From: Octopus vulgaris
Taxonomy: Eukaryota
Length of the DNA: 64,000 bases
Direction: 5' to 3'
Assembly (NCBI GenBank): GCA_951406725.2
Contig: OX597816.1
Coordinates: forward strand, 150,784,001-150,848,000
Part shown: in pieces, positions 11,578 through 24,489 of the stretch
How positions within the stretch are numbered: position 1 is the first letter of the stretch
Layout: each line of letters opens with the position of its first letter
Notes under the pieces: generated by a model
Databases searched by the model: none
What the model was told of the DNA's origin: nothing
What the model saw: the letters and a program-made list of their open reading frames with translations, nothing else
Made by a program: the position numbers and the translations under genes

Positions 11578-11824
11578 TGGGTGTGGAAGTAACGTCGTTG
11601 AAAGACCTGATTGTAAATATGGATATGATAATATAGAGGGGTGGCATGTATGCTTGTCCGAAGAACAAAAAGCAAAAGTAGGAAAATTCAAATATGGGTA
11701 TACTTGCTGGAGGGTGAACATTGACAGAAATGATTTGCCAGAATGTGTAGATTGTATGGACCTTATAGAGGAACATAAAATTGACATACTCAAAGGAACA
11801 AGGTTCAAAGGAAGAAAGGTATAA
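11573..11824 (+). other. 83-aa orphan ORF with protein-like composition
   Basis: Open for 83 codons in AT-rich DNA, not low complexity, Cys-rich, two KYGY motifs and a CxxC. No family recognised. Confidence 0.3.
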
Positions 11825-14699
11825 ATGAAGCTGCTCGGAGGTGGGGCCAAGTAGCTTCATTTCATTTTACTCATACATTCTTGGTTTTTTTTTTCTTTTC
11901 TCTGTTTTTTGTCCCCTCTATGTTCTATTCCCCTTGTGGGGAATAAAAAATTAAGGATGTTGGTGTTGCTTTGGTGGAGGTTTGTGCTCTCTGAGTGTCT
12001 TGTTTATATTATTTTAGTGTAACTGATTTTGGCTAGCTTTTAGCCTTTTATTTAAATTAATTATTCAAAGCAGCGTGTTAGCTCCAAGTCAGCATTTAGA
12101 GCTAACCTTGATAAGGATGTTTTTACATAACCTATCTTTCTTTCTGTCCTCTTTTTTTATATGTATGTATATTTGAGTGATAAGCTAAAGTATGTGATTG
12201 TGAAAACTTACCTCCTATTTTGGTTGGTAGACATAGTACCACCACTTAATATTACACACATTTGACTTCAAGTTGTTCATAATGACAAATTCATATCTTT
12301 TAACAGTAAAAAAAGGTGGAGGACCTTCATTCAAAACTTCGCCAGATACACGTGTCACTCTGTATGTATTGGACGCACTAAAGTTTCAGCATCTAGAAAC
12401 TGACTTGGCAAAAGCTCTCAAGATTATTCACTGTCCTTTTAACTACAATTTTGGTCACCCTTTTGAATTCAATAACTCTACCACCTGTGGAGATGCTAAT
12501 AAAAAAAAATATATATAGCATCTATGATTTTTAAAAACCATTTTTCGAGCACAGAATTGTTGAAACCTGGAATAAAACTATCCATACTGGTTAACTGTTA
12601 GGCATGTTTCCTGAAATTTTTGTCTGTGCACTCTTTTCTCTGTGGCACTTTTCTTTCTTGTGTATTGTGCATGCTGCTTTTCGCCCCCACCTCTTGTACC
12701 CTTTTCCAATGAGTTGTGCACTCAAGCATTGAACATAATAAGCTCATTATTATAAAATATATAGCCATTAGCACATTTCTTTTATGCTGCATTCAGTGTT
12801 TAAAATGGTCATAGCTAGCCCAAATATTCTACATGTTTTATGTTCAAACCAGCTAGATCTGGCTTCTCATACCTACCCTACAAATGAACAATCAAATTTA
12901 GTAGTATTCACTTATGGTGTAACACAGTGGGATTGAACCTAAAACACTGTAGTTGTGAAGCAAACTACATTACCATACGACCATGTCTACATATATGACA
13001 AAGAATAAAATGTTTCAAATACAACACTATGCATTTCACATGTCTGCATGGTATTCACTTTACATGTGGTGGCAGTGGATGTAAACAAATTCACATTGCT
13101 GGCAAGTTTTCTTGACAATAGTTTTCAAAAGTGTCATAAATTGGGTTTTTCTTTGTCTTAGATGTTGTTCTTTACAGAACTGGATCCACTCATTACTAAT
13201 TTATCCATTAGTAAACTGGGCTTTAGCAGTAGCACCCCTCAATACTATATCTATAGTTAAAAAATAAGTAGAGTCACTAAATGTAAACAATTCAGAACAA
13301 TGGTATTAGCACTGGAGGTGGCAGGGTTTTATCACCCCACTGGCGATATAAACAAGAGTGCATTTTGTACCAAAAAAGCCAATATGAGAGTTTTTCTCAT
13401 GATAACTACTGCAGTATAGTTTGTTCTAATAGAGCATCCATGTTTAGGTAGGGATAAATTTGAAAGATAAATATGACACGATTGTAATTCCCCCAAAACC
13501 CAAGTGATGGGTTTGGGGGGAATTACGAGTAAGAAAAAAATTCAGCCATGTGCTATAGCAGTATTAGATTAAAATAGTCATCTATATATTTAATGTAAAT
13601 ACATCACTAGAGGACAAATTTATTGCAGTATTTGTTCAACATCTGTTATGATGTGCTGTATTTAAAAGCACAATATATATTGGAGTGAGATAAAAATCTT
13701 CCCAACAGCAACTAATGAGAATGTCTGATGCATTTCTGCCTTGTTAGGTATAGGTATTGTCAGTGATGTGCATTCACAGCCAGTCACATGCTTAGGTGAA
13801 AGAAGTAGTATTTTCTTGAAGCATTTGAAGGAAATTAACAGTAATTGGCTGTATATAGCTTTTTTCTTTATTGCTAATTTCCAAAAGAAAAAAAAATTTG
13901 ATCTAGTTGGTAGAATGATATAAAAATAATTATACAGCATGAGATTTGAGAAAACACTTCAGTAAGGAAAGATTTGGATATGATTATGATATTACAGAAT
14001 ACTGCAGTAAAAAGAAGTGAATTTTGATTTGCAATATTCACAGCCAGTTTTCATAAATGTGTATGCAAGAATGTGCATAGTTATTTTCGTGTTTTACTAA
14101 GTCTGTAGGTTAATGTATGCAAAAAATGTTCATACTGATGAACTAACTTGTGTTGTTAGAGACAAATATATGTATGCAAATAAATATATGGCCATGAGAA
14201 AAAGAATAAAAATCAGATAAATGTACATATATTTTAACTTGTAGAAATTATTTTGTCAAAGATAAAACAAGAAGCTGACTGTCAGCCAAGAAAGAGAAAG
14301 AACAAAGCAACTTGGCCATAGCTGCTGTTGTGAGAAAAGGGACTGAATAGACTTTTATTTGCTTAATATAGCCCAAAATCTATTCAACAGACTACTAGTT
14401 TCTCATTGGCAAAAGTCATACACATGGTGATGATGATGATGAATCTAAAGTGGTCATGTGTTCTGTTTAAGTAGACCCTATACCTGCTAAAAACAAAATG
14501 AAAAAAGGCTCATAGTTTTCAGATTGACTAAAAATAAATATGACAAATTGGTGATACTAAACTTGTCTGCATGTGATCACTACATGTTATAATACTACTA
14601 TTATTGCTGTTACCACTACTAATACTACATTAAAAAAAAAGTCTTTCAATCCCCTACATGTCTCTTTCCCCACTTTTTGTGATAACACATTGTGGTAAC

Positions 14700-16560
14700 A
14701 CAATGTTACCCAGTTAGACACCACCATCTGGTCCTTGAATGTTTTTAGTAGAGTTTATTCTGTTGCAAGCATTTGATCCTGGCATCTTGCTGGAGACTGC
14801 TATGACCTTCCAATGCTCTTTTACCCTATTCTCTTCTCCCCAAAATACCAAAAACCAGCAATAAACACTGAACAATTTCCTCCCCTCTTCTACAATATCT
14901 ATGGACCTCATTCCAAACTAGATCCCACTCATCCTCTCTTAGACACAGACCACACATCGTATTCCTGTTTCATGAGACAAATCCTTTACCTCATATCTCC
15001 AGCCCTTGTCATCTAAGCTGCACTGTTTATTCACTTTCCACCCCAGAAAGATTCTACTCTTCCTGTCACTCATTTCTGGATATCAATGATTATGACTTCC
15101 ATTTACTCTGGCTCTAATTCTTCTTCACTCTCTCAAATACATCTGTGTCCTCTATCACTCTCTGTCTTCCTTGAACTACCTGCACTTATTGATCATATCT
15201 CTTCCTACATTGAGGACATATATCTTTCTTCACCCCTCTCTGAAGTCATTATTTTCAATTATGTCAACATTCTTAATTCCTTGTGGTTCTTTCACTCACC
15301 CTACATTGATGCTGGCAAAGCAGAAACCATGACTTTTTCAATTTTTGATTCTCTCCACCAACTTGTTTCATCCCCTACACATATCCAGGATTGATACTCA
15401 GATACCCAAATTTAATTTGTACCAAATCTTAACTGTCTCTGTGCTTATCAATTATCTGACCTTTGCCTCATTGCAACTATTCAACGCATACCAACATACC
15501 ACACAACTTTTTCTATGCTCTACATTTATAGTATTTATGTCAACCAACTGAGAGCTGTTAGTTTTAATCCAACTAACTCTGGTAGCATATGTGTTTCACT
15601 CATGACTCCTTAGAAACAGTTAAGTGAGTAATTTGCATATCCTTCCAGATCCTGTACATAACAAAAATCCAGTAAAAAAATTTGTCCTCTTAGTGGATGA
15701 CTCAGGGTTATGCTGAATCTGTTCAAACAAAAAGCATGGCCTGCAGTGTTTGGTGAAACTCACTCGCCACAAAAATTGGGTTGTGTTTATCAAACAATGC
15801 AACATCTGCAAATCAACTATCCAAACAGCAAAAGATAATTTTATGCATTATACAACACTTGCAACCTAGTCAGCACACGACAAACCCACACTGGCTCTTT
15901 CAGCAGCAAGAAAAAATAAATGATACTTCACATGAAGAAAAGCATTTTTGCACCTCATCCCCTCTTAATCATCAGCAGCACTCAACTAGAACCCTCATAA
16001 CTCACTCCAATTATTGGGTCTTGCTTTTACTGAGAATTTATTTTGGTGAAAGCACATCTTTAACACAGTTGGATTATAGCACAACAACCACCCCTTCTCT
16101 CCTGGGCTAGGAGATACTTCATCATCCTAACAATTATTGAAACTCTATAAAGCTCTGATATGCCCACAATGGAGTATTATTTAGTGTCTGGGATGGTGCT
16201 GCTGCTGTACTCACAGACATCTCAGAACACACCTACAAATGGGGCACTCATCTGATTGCATATAATTACTTGCAGATACACTTCAATGTAGTCCACAGAT
16301 GCACTGTCATCTCTCAACCTTTTTTGGCACTACTACAATGGTCTCTGCTCCTTTTTGCTGATGGGGTCCCTGCCATATCCATTCAGGCATTCCCATCCTA
16401 TTATCTCCTCATTACTTTTGTTGTGTCCAACCCTTCCAGGCTCCACACTAATCACAACACCCAGTCCTTATTTCCCAGAATATCAGCTCTCTGAAGTTTC
16501 CAGCATGTGTTGACTTACAAAGGTTCATGAGGAACATTAGTAGCATCAATCTCACTGGTC
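14700..16560 (+). mobile_element. Highly decayed CR1/L2/Jockey-group LINE
   Basis: Remnants resembling the endonuclease start (F.NI.GL.S, ~14890), LYKA.I.P.MEY...WDG (~16145-16200) and S.FPR.S.L (~16465-16492); many stops and frameshifts. Confidence 0.5.
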
Positions 16561-16741
16561 TAGTGTAGTGGTTCCCTGAGGAATCCTTCCGCTTCTTTCT
16601 TCAGACATAGCAGATAAAAAAAAAAAATTCATTTGGTGTATGTGAAGGGGATGGTGAAATTTAATTTTTCGTTTTTGCACTACCAAAATTTCCAATGTTA
16701 AAACAAAACAGAAATCTGAAGATTATTCTACTTCATTTGTG

Positions 16742-16956
16742 TTGTGATTGTATTTTCCTTTGATAACATAGCTTATGATGGGCTTTCCTTTATTTAAACC
16801 TGATATTGAGCTGCAACATCATTCAGTGAATAAACTGTTGTATGAAATAACAGTAAACTTTATTTACTGAATGATGCTGAAATTCAAAATCTAGTTTAAG
16901 TAAGGGAGAAAATTTTCCCATTATAAGCTATATCATTAGGGAAAGCAAACTCACAA
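16742..16956. repeat. Degenerate fold-back (MITE-like) inverted repeat
   Basis: ATAGCTTATGATGGG / CCCATTATAAGCTAT and CATCATTCAGTGAATAAA / TTTATTTACTGAATGATG pair symmetrically. Confidence 0.7.
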
Positions 16957-17129
16957 TCTCCTGTTTCAATTTCCATGGTACACCATTATACATAATATAT
17001 ATATAAACAAGAAGTGTAATATTGTTATTCAGAGAATCATGTGGCTATCCCAGCTCCTCATAAGGACTCGGATATCAGTCCACATTATAATCAATTACAA
17101 GGTAATGTAAAGTGTCCATTTAACTGAAA

Positions 17130-17162
<33 letters not shown>

Positions 17163-17258
17163 TGTATATTGAAAGCTAATTAAGAAGCTGTCAAATATCA
17201 TTCAAATCACATTGTTTTAAAAAAAGAAGTACACATCAATAAAGTTAGTCCTTGATAC

Positions 17259-17486
17259 ACTATAACTGCTCAATGGAAGAATCTATGTTGGATTTAAATT
17301 AGATAGCTAGATGACACAGTGTCTAAAAAATAGTTATAGTGATAAAATGTTTTAGCCAGTTACATTATTGAATACTCACAGTGAATTTGAAATCCTCACT
17401 TACAGTTAATTCAATAGATAATCCACTCAGCTATCTAGCTATCCAATTTAAATCAAACAGAAACTCTTCCTTTGAGCAATTATAGT
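17259..17486. repeat. ~54-bp inverted repeat with ~120-bp spacer
   Basis: ACTATAACTGCTCAATGGAAGA...ATTTAAATTAGATAGCTAGAT pairs with ATCTAGCTATCCAATTTAAAT...TCTTCCTTTGAGCAATTATAGT. Confidence 0.7.
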
Positions 17487-17889
17487 CAACTGCTTCCAGT
17501 TCCCTCTTTGAGTGAATCCTATAACTCTGCTACGGTTAATAAATGCATGATATATTTTTTAAAATGTTCCATTCTGATGGTATCAAATATCAACTCTCTT
17601 TACCTTGTAAGTCAAAAACTCACAATTACTAAACAAATTGAGTTTTTCTGCGAAAGTAATTCAAATATTGGTATTGTTTGAGATATTACTGAATAATTCT
17701 TTTGTCATTTTCTGCTGATTCAGCCAATCATTTGTGTTTCATGACGTGAATATTCTGGTCATGTTTATCATTTCGGTCAATATATATAGTCATAACTGAT
17801 CTATAATATGTGAGAACACTATTGATCAAAAGACTGAAATATTTTGACTGAGTCATAAATACATTAAAGTTCAAGCCTTATAATGATAG

Positions 17890-18105
17890 TTTCAAATTTT
17901 GACACAAAGCCAGCAAGTTGGGGCAGATGGGTGATGTGAGTTGATTACATTAATTTCAGTCCTCAACTGGTACTTATTTTATCGACCCCAAAAGGATGAA
18001 AGACAAAGTTAACCCTCATGAAATTTGAACTCAGAATATAAGGTCAGACAAAATGCTGCTAAGCATTTTGCCTGGCATGCTAATGATTCTGCTAGCTTGC
18101 TGCCT
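17890..18105 (-). mobile_element. tRNA-derived SINE (Meta/Inv-like core)
   Basis: Minus strand: GGCAGCAAGCTAGCAGAATCATTAGC (A-box-like head), GAGTTCAAAT (B box), CTTTCATCCTTTTGGGGTCGATAAAATAAGTACCAG core. Same family at 18715-18913 and 42823-43033. Confidence 0.8.
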
Positions 18106-18714
18106 TAATCCTTATAATAATGATGACAACGATGATGATGCCGCCGCCGAATGCCCTGATGCAGTATAAGGCAGTGGCTCTCATGGCTTCTGAGCTTAGC
18201 TGAATGGAAGTGTTATCCTCTACATTGTTTTGTTTTGGTATAAAAGATGAGCTACAGCAAATATTCTGCTCAGTACCACAAATCTGCCTGTAACTTGTTT
18301 GACCTTAACTAGTTTAGTATGTCCCTTAGAGATATGTGCATGTCTGATCATGAGCAGAAGTAGTGGGGGAGCATCATAGCCATGTGTCGAGAGGAATCCT
18401 TTGGGGTTTGAATAATTCACCTCTGGAAACATGGGTGTTTCATCCAACATCATCCTTAAACAACCCTTATTCAGGGACATTTTGAGTTGGATGGGTTGCT
18501 CAACCTGATGAAAATTCTAACTGGGCCCCACCTGCAAGGTCATGCATTGTTTATCTTGATATGAGATCACCATGTTGTGTACATGTGGTTGTGATGCATG
18601 TGCCTTGTGTACTCTTATCAGATGGGTAGTCATGACAGCTATACTGGGCTTTGTATATTTTACCCCAGTGTCACTTTGATGGCATACAATGCACTCTCTC
18701 TCAATAATAATAAT

Positions 18715-18913
18715 TTCAAACTTTGACCTAAGGCCAGCAATTTCAGGAGAAGGGTTAAGCCAATTACACCAATCCAAGTACTCATTTTATTGGCCCTGAA
18801 AGGATGAAAGGCAAAGTTGACCATGAATGGAATTTGAACTCAGAATGTAAAGATGGATGAAATGCTGCTAAGCATTTTGCCCAGTGTGGTAAAGCTTCTG
18901 CCAGCTCGCTGCC
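18715..18913 (-). mobile_element. tRNA-derived SINE, same family as 17890-18105
   Basis: AAGGATGAAAGGCAAAGTTGACC...TTTGAACTCAGAATG...CTGCCAGCTCGCTGCC. Confidence 0.8.
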
Positions 18914-19299
18914 TTAATAATAATAATAAGAAGAAGAAGAAGAAAGCAAGTCATGGCATATAAAAGCAAAATTGATAACTAGCTCATGGATTTTGATTTC
19001 AATCTTCTGTTGGTAATTCATTTATACATACCTTAATTAGCTGACTCCTGAGAATAGGACCAGATTGTACTAGAAAGTTCCTATCAAATATACGTTGTTT
19101 ATTGCTTTATCATTTTTTTATTGTTGTTCTCTATTTCTTTTGTGACCGGTCAGCATTTCTGTCCACCTCATGCATGTATTAGAATGGTCTCCTATGCCAG
19201 AAGAAATGTCTTTCATTTTTTAGATGCCATGAAATCAGAACTATGCACTGGACTTTCAGAAAATTATATTTATAACTATCTATCTATTGTTCTCAACAG

Positions 19300-19497
19300 G
19301 TGCAGACCTGGAATATGTGAAAGTTGAAAAAATGGGTGCAAAAAATAATGTTGGTGTCATTACGTTAAATAGACCCAAATCATTGAATGCCTTATGTAAT
19401 GGCTTGTTTAAAGAATTGAACCAAGTGATTGATGAATTTGAAGCTGACCCTACTATTGGGTGCGTAATTCTAACTGGTACTGGAAAAGCATTTGCAG
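19300..19497 (+). CDS. ECHS1: ECHS1 coding exon 2
   Basis: CAG|GT acceptor, G|GTAAGT donor, 198 nt; ADLEYVKVEKMGAKNNVGVITLNRPKSLNALC...VILTGTGKAFA, crotonase-family N-terminus. Confidence 0.97.
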
Positions 19498-19646
19498 GTA
19501 AGTTATCATGGTCTTTCTCTGTTATATTTTGTAAGGATTGATTTCAGTCTGTCAAATTAGCAATTGCTCTCTCACTGCAAAGTAAAAACTTCCCCTTTTC
19601 TTTCCATAACTTTCAGCTTTGAATACTCAGTCATCAATTTTCATAA

Positions 19647-19979
19647 AATATATGCTGTTTGTTGCTTTATCGTTTTTTTATTCTTGTTCTCTATTTCTTT
19701 TCTGACCTCTCAGAATCCGGTCAGCATTTTTATCTACCTCATGCATATATCTCAATATATATATATATATATTTTTTTTTTTTAATGCAATCATATTTTC
19801 AATTGGTTTTCTAGTTTGAAGGTGACATAGCCATACAAAGTTCATAAAATGTTCTTTTGTTAGATTGGGTTGCCATGTAGGTTTTTAACATGAATCAATG
19901 TAGAAATGTCAAGAATTTTGTTAGGACATCTCCTGATGTGGCCCAAGTTCCCACTTGCTATAGTATCTTCTCAACCACT
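19647..19979 (+). repeat. Chimeric local duplication in ECHS1 intron 2
   Basis: 19647-19746 matches 19086-19179 (intron 1) and 19738-19979 matches 22068-22307 (intron 3). Confidence 0.85.
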
Positions 19980-20254
19980 CCAGATGTTTTCAGTCCAACT
20001 CCATTTCAACAATTATATGAACTTGACAAAGTATATTGAACTATTTTTATTACATTTTTTGCCATGTTCCCATGATTCATTTAATATGCTGTAAATAAGA
20101 CAGTTTTTTTACTTTCTTTAACTGAAGTGTCATGTAACCTCAAAATGTAATTTACTATGCCTGGAGGTATTGCAAGATTGTCAGCTTTGCACTGCTAACC
20201 TACATAGGCTTGAAACATTAGAAGGATTAAAAAAATTACGGTATAAAATATGTA

Positions 20255-20640
20255 GCTGGATGGTGACAAATTTGCTTCACAACCACATAGTTCCAGGTTA
20301 GTTTCAGTGTGGCACCTTGGGCAATTGTCTTTTACTGTAGCTTGAGGTTGATCAAAACCTTGTTAGTGGATTTAGTAGATGGAAATTGAAATAAGGCAGT
20401 GTTTATATATATGTGTGTGTGTGTGTGTTTGTATTTGTCCCCCACTACTGTCTGACAATCGATGTTGGTGTGTTTGTCTCTAACTAAGCAGTTCAATAGA
20501 AGAGATTGATAGAATAAGTACCAGGTTTAATAATAAAAATATGTACTGGGGTTGATTTGTTTAACTAAAATTCTTTAAAGGCAGTGCCCCAACATGGCTG
20601 CAGTTTAATGACTAAAATAAAGACAACATAAAAAGAAAAG
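20255..20640 (+). mobile_element. tRNA-derived SINE with internal (TG)n
   Basis: AACCACATAGTTCCAGGTT...GGCACCTTGGGCAA...GTGGATTTAGTAGATGGAAATTGAAA head and core. Related copies at 24330-24640, 27268-27640, 49810-49990 and 56268-56430. Confidence 0.75.
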
Positions 20641-21387
20641 ATAAAGAATTGGTGAAGAGAAAGTATATTTAACACTGTGGGACAGAGGCATTCATCAGAT
20701 ATATTCCATTAACCATCTTGTAATCAACTGATTAGCTTTAGTGAATTTAAATACCGCTAAGACAACATGACAAAAACTGGGCTTCAACTTCAGAAACAGA
20801 AAATGCTTGCATGCTTTAACTCACAAGTACTAATCCTCTTTGGAAGCTCAGATGAAACTCATAATAGGGTACTACATCTGTATCTAGGATGGTGCTGAAT
20901 GACATGAAGACACTTGTTAGCATACTCCAATCTTTCTCTGTTTCATTTCTCTTTACTTTTCTACCACCATTACAGTGGTCACTGCTCTTTGAGGTTAATT
21001 GGTCTCATACCACTTCCATTCAGATGTTCTTGATTCACTCGTCACTCATAATCCTGTTGTCTTGGTGCTGTGTAGTGGATGTGAATCTTAGTGGATTCAA
21101 ATCCACTACACTGCTATACTTCCATATATGTACTAAAAAAATAATCCTTTCTACTATAGGCACAAAGCCTGAAATTTGAGGCTGGTGGTTAGTCGATTAC
21201 ATTGACCTCCAGTGTTTAATTGGTACTTATTTCATTGAAAGGATGAAAGGCAAAGTTGATCTTGACTGAATTTGAACCTAGAATATAAAGACAACTACCA
21301 AACAAAATAATAAAATTATGTCACTTTTTGTAAAAAATTGACTAAACTTTGGTTGAATTCCTTTTCTTTTTTTCTTCCACTTTCAAG

Positions 21388-21515
21388 CTGGAGCTGATAT
21401 CAAAGAAATGAAAGACCAGCAATATGCTAATGTTGTTGGCTCTAATTTTCTTGGTCACTGGGATCTTATCACCAAGTTGAAGAAGCCTATAATTGCTGCT
21501 GTTAATGGTTATGCT
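21388..21515 (+). CDS. ECHS1: ECHS1 coding exon 3
   Basis: AAG| acceptor after a pyrimidine tract, |GTAAGC donor, 128 nt; [43 protein letters not shown]. Confidence 0.97.
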
Positions 21516-22697
21516 GTAAGCCTTTTAGCTATTTCTCTGCATTTTAGAATGAAATTTAGATATAATTAGAAATGGAATATTCATCAAGTGGTGCACATTT
21601 TGAGTTTGTTATTAGAACATTTCTTCACTGCTTCCATCTTTTTCACAAATTCATAGAAAAGCAGACATAAAATGATGATGGGTTACTTCAGCAAATAAAT
21701 GTTTACTGCTGCTTTTCCTTACTTTCATTCTTAAAATTGGTTTGTATAATTCGCAACTTTATGATGGCTATGTAGTCTTTAAATGATTATTTTCATCAGT
21801 TAAATATTGAAAACAATTATTAATGAATGAATTTGCAAAGGAGGAAAATAGGACTCAATTTTATCAATCACAATCATTTTTCAAAGTTTTTTTAAAAATA
21901 TTTATAGTGTTAAAATTCGGCAAGTTTTAATTCACTAAAAGTTCTGACTTCTACTGACTGATAAATGAAAGCATTTATCAAAGTATTTATAATAACAGCA
22001 GCTACAGAATCTCATGGAGATCCAACCATTTCTATTGCTATGAGATTCTCAAATTCATTAACAAATTCTCATGCATGTATCTCAACATATATATTTTTTA
22101 ATGTAATCATATTTTCAATTGGTTTCCTAGTTTGAAGGCTACAGAGCCATACAAAGTTCTTAAAATGTTCTTTTGTTAGATTGGGTTGCCATGTAGGTTT
22201 TTAACATGAATCAATGTAGAAATGTCAAAATGATTTTCAAGAATTTTGTTAGGACATCTCCTGAAGTGGCCCATGTTCCCAATTGCTATAGTATCTTCTC
22301 AACCACTAGGAAAACAAGGATGAACATATTGGAGATTTGATTTTATCATGCTGAACTTGTTGGGTGTTGTGAATTGTATTCTTGAGTAGTACAAATATAG
22401 ATTTCTTTTTTCTGTAGATTCTACTAGGGTTTAGACATTTTGGATGAGAATTTTAAATTTTTAGCACATTTTGATGTTTCAATTGCAATTTTTGTTTTAT
22501 GGTAAGGGCAACTCACTTTAATTAGTTTAAAATATCAAATAGTGAATAAAACAAACAAAAGAAAAGAAAAACGTAAAACTAAATTTTTATCCATGACTTT
22601 AAACAAAACCAAATATATTACAATTATTCATGTTTGTTATATTTGTTGTTTTAAAGTAAATGAAATTTTTCTTCATTTTGTGAAATATTTTTTCCAG

Positions 22698-22797
22698 TTA
22701 GGTGGAGGCTGTGAAATTGCAATGATGTGTGATATCATTTATGCTTCAGAGAAGGCCCAATTTGGCCAACCAGAGATCCTTCTTGGCACAATCCCAG
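22698..22797 (+). CDS. ECHS1: ECHS1 coding exon 4 (both catalytic glutamates)
   Basis: CAG| ... G|GTAATT, 100 nt; [33 protein letters not shown] contains the Glu144 and Glu164 equivalents. Confidence 0.97.
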
Positions 22798-24032
22798 GTA
22801 ATTCTCTTTCCTTTGTTTCTCTTCCTTCTCTGCTTCCTCTCTTTAATACAAGATTTATATATTGTAAGAAAAATTACTAATATCATCATACACACCACAA
22901 TTATTTTTATCTTTTAAATCAGGAGAGAAGGTAATGTACATGGCCCTTCAAAAGGCCTCCTAGATTAGTGATTTTCACTTGGCTTGACAGGATATTCTTA
23001 AACTGGAGACCTTATCGGAATGTTTGCAATAGTCTGCTAAAAGCACCCAAGAGGCCAGTGGGTGGTGTTAAGCTCCTTATGGATTAAGCCTACCAAAGTA
23101 AGCCACAGCAGGATTTGAATTCAGAATGCAAAGAAGTGGAACAAATATCAGAAGGCATTCAGTTTGATGTTCTTACAGTTTCAATGATTCACTTGCTCTG
23201 GATTGATATTTTTTTATTAACCCCAAAAGATGAAAGGCAAAGTTGACTTTGGAGGGTATATGAATTTTGAGTGCCAAATGTTAGAACAAAATACCAAGAA
23301 CCATCCTATAAGTCATCTTGACAATTATGCCAGTAAGATGTCAAAAGATTATCATCACCATCAGCATCATCACCACTATCTCTTTGTCTTCACAAATTAC
23401 TGTGATTCATATATCAACAAGGCAGGCAGATGGTCTTGTTATTTCCAGGTTCTTAGTTCAATCCCACTGTATGTCATTTTGGACTTTCATTTAGATTAGC
23501 CTTGTTTGCCCCAAGGCTTCTGAGTGAAGTTGGGTATATAGAAATTATGTAGAAGCACATCAGATGAACTTTACCTGTTATTGGATGCTACACATAATCC
23601 ATAACCCAGTTTAACACACCCAACTGACCATATGGTGTGTTTTGTGAAGTTTGCTCTGTTACAAGCATTTGAACTAGATCAATATATTGATGCTGTTTCC
23701 TACATTGTGTGACTCTCAATGTTTCTTCCTCTCTTTCCTTGGTCAGTTTTAAGAGCCCTTCCTTCTCTGGCTAAGCTATAAAATTTGTTTTTTATATCAG
23801 ACAGCCAACCATATTTACAAAAATATTGAAACTAAAATAACAACAGTCAGGCACATTGTTATACTTGCACACACATCCATATATCTGCACCCATCTGTAT
23901 ATTTTGTTGATATTTCTGTCACAGTTATGACTTTTTAAAGATATAATATATTTTATTGTAATTTAAAGTAAAAAACAAGGCAAAGAAAAGGAAAAACTGA
24001 TTGTATAATTTTCATTTGTCTTTTTTAAATAG

Positions 24033-24137
24033 GAGCTGGTGGTACACAGCGCCTTACTCGAGCTGTTGGAAAGTCCAAAGCTATGGAAATAGTTCTTACA
24101 GGAAATAGAATAACAGCAGCTGAAGCAGAAAAGTCAG
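24033..24137 (+). CDS. ECHS1: ECHS1 coding exon 5
   Basis: TAG| ... G|GTATGC, 105 nt; [35 protein letters not shown]. Confidence 0.97.
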
Positions 24138-24458
24138 GTATGCCAACAATATTTTTGTTATAGTTTGGGGAAAATGTTTCTTTTTGTATAATGTTTAATG
24201 ATCTCTTACAAGTTAAGATAGTTGACACTTGTAATGTCTTCTTATTTTGGCATATAGAAAAACACAAACAAAAAAACCCCTCTATACCTTTATTTATACT
24301 GTCATATAGTTATTGGGATAAGATGTTTACCCATTGTACAGTACCTTGGGCAATTGCCTTCATTTGTAGCTCCAAGTTGACCTATGTCATGTTAGTGAAA
24401 TTTAGTAAGTGGAAACTGTTGAATCCCATTGCATATATGTGTTAGTGTTTTTTTGTTT

Positions 24459-24489
<31 letters not shown>

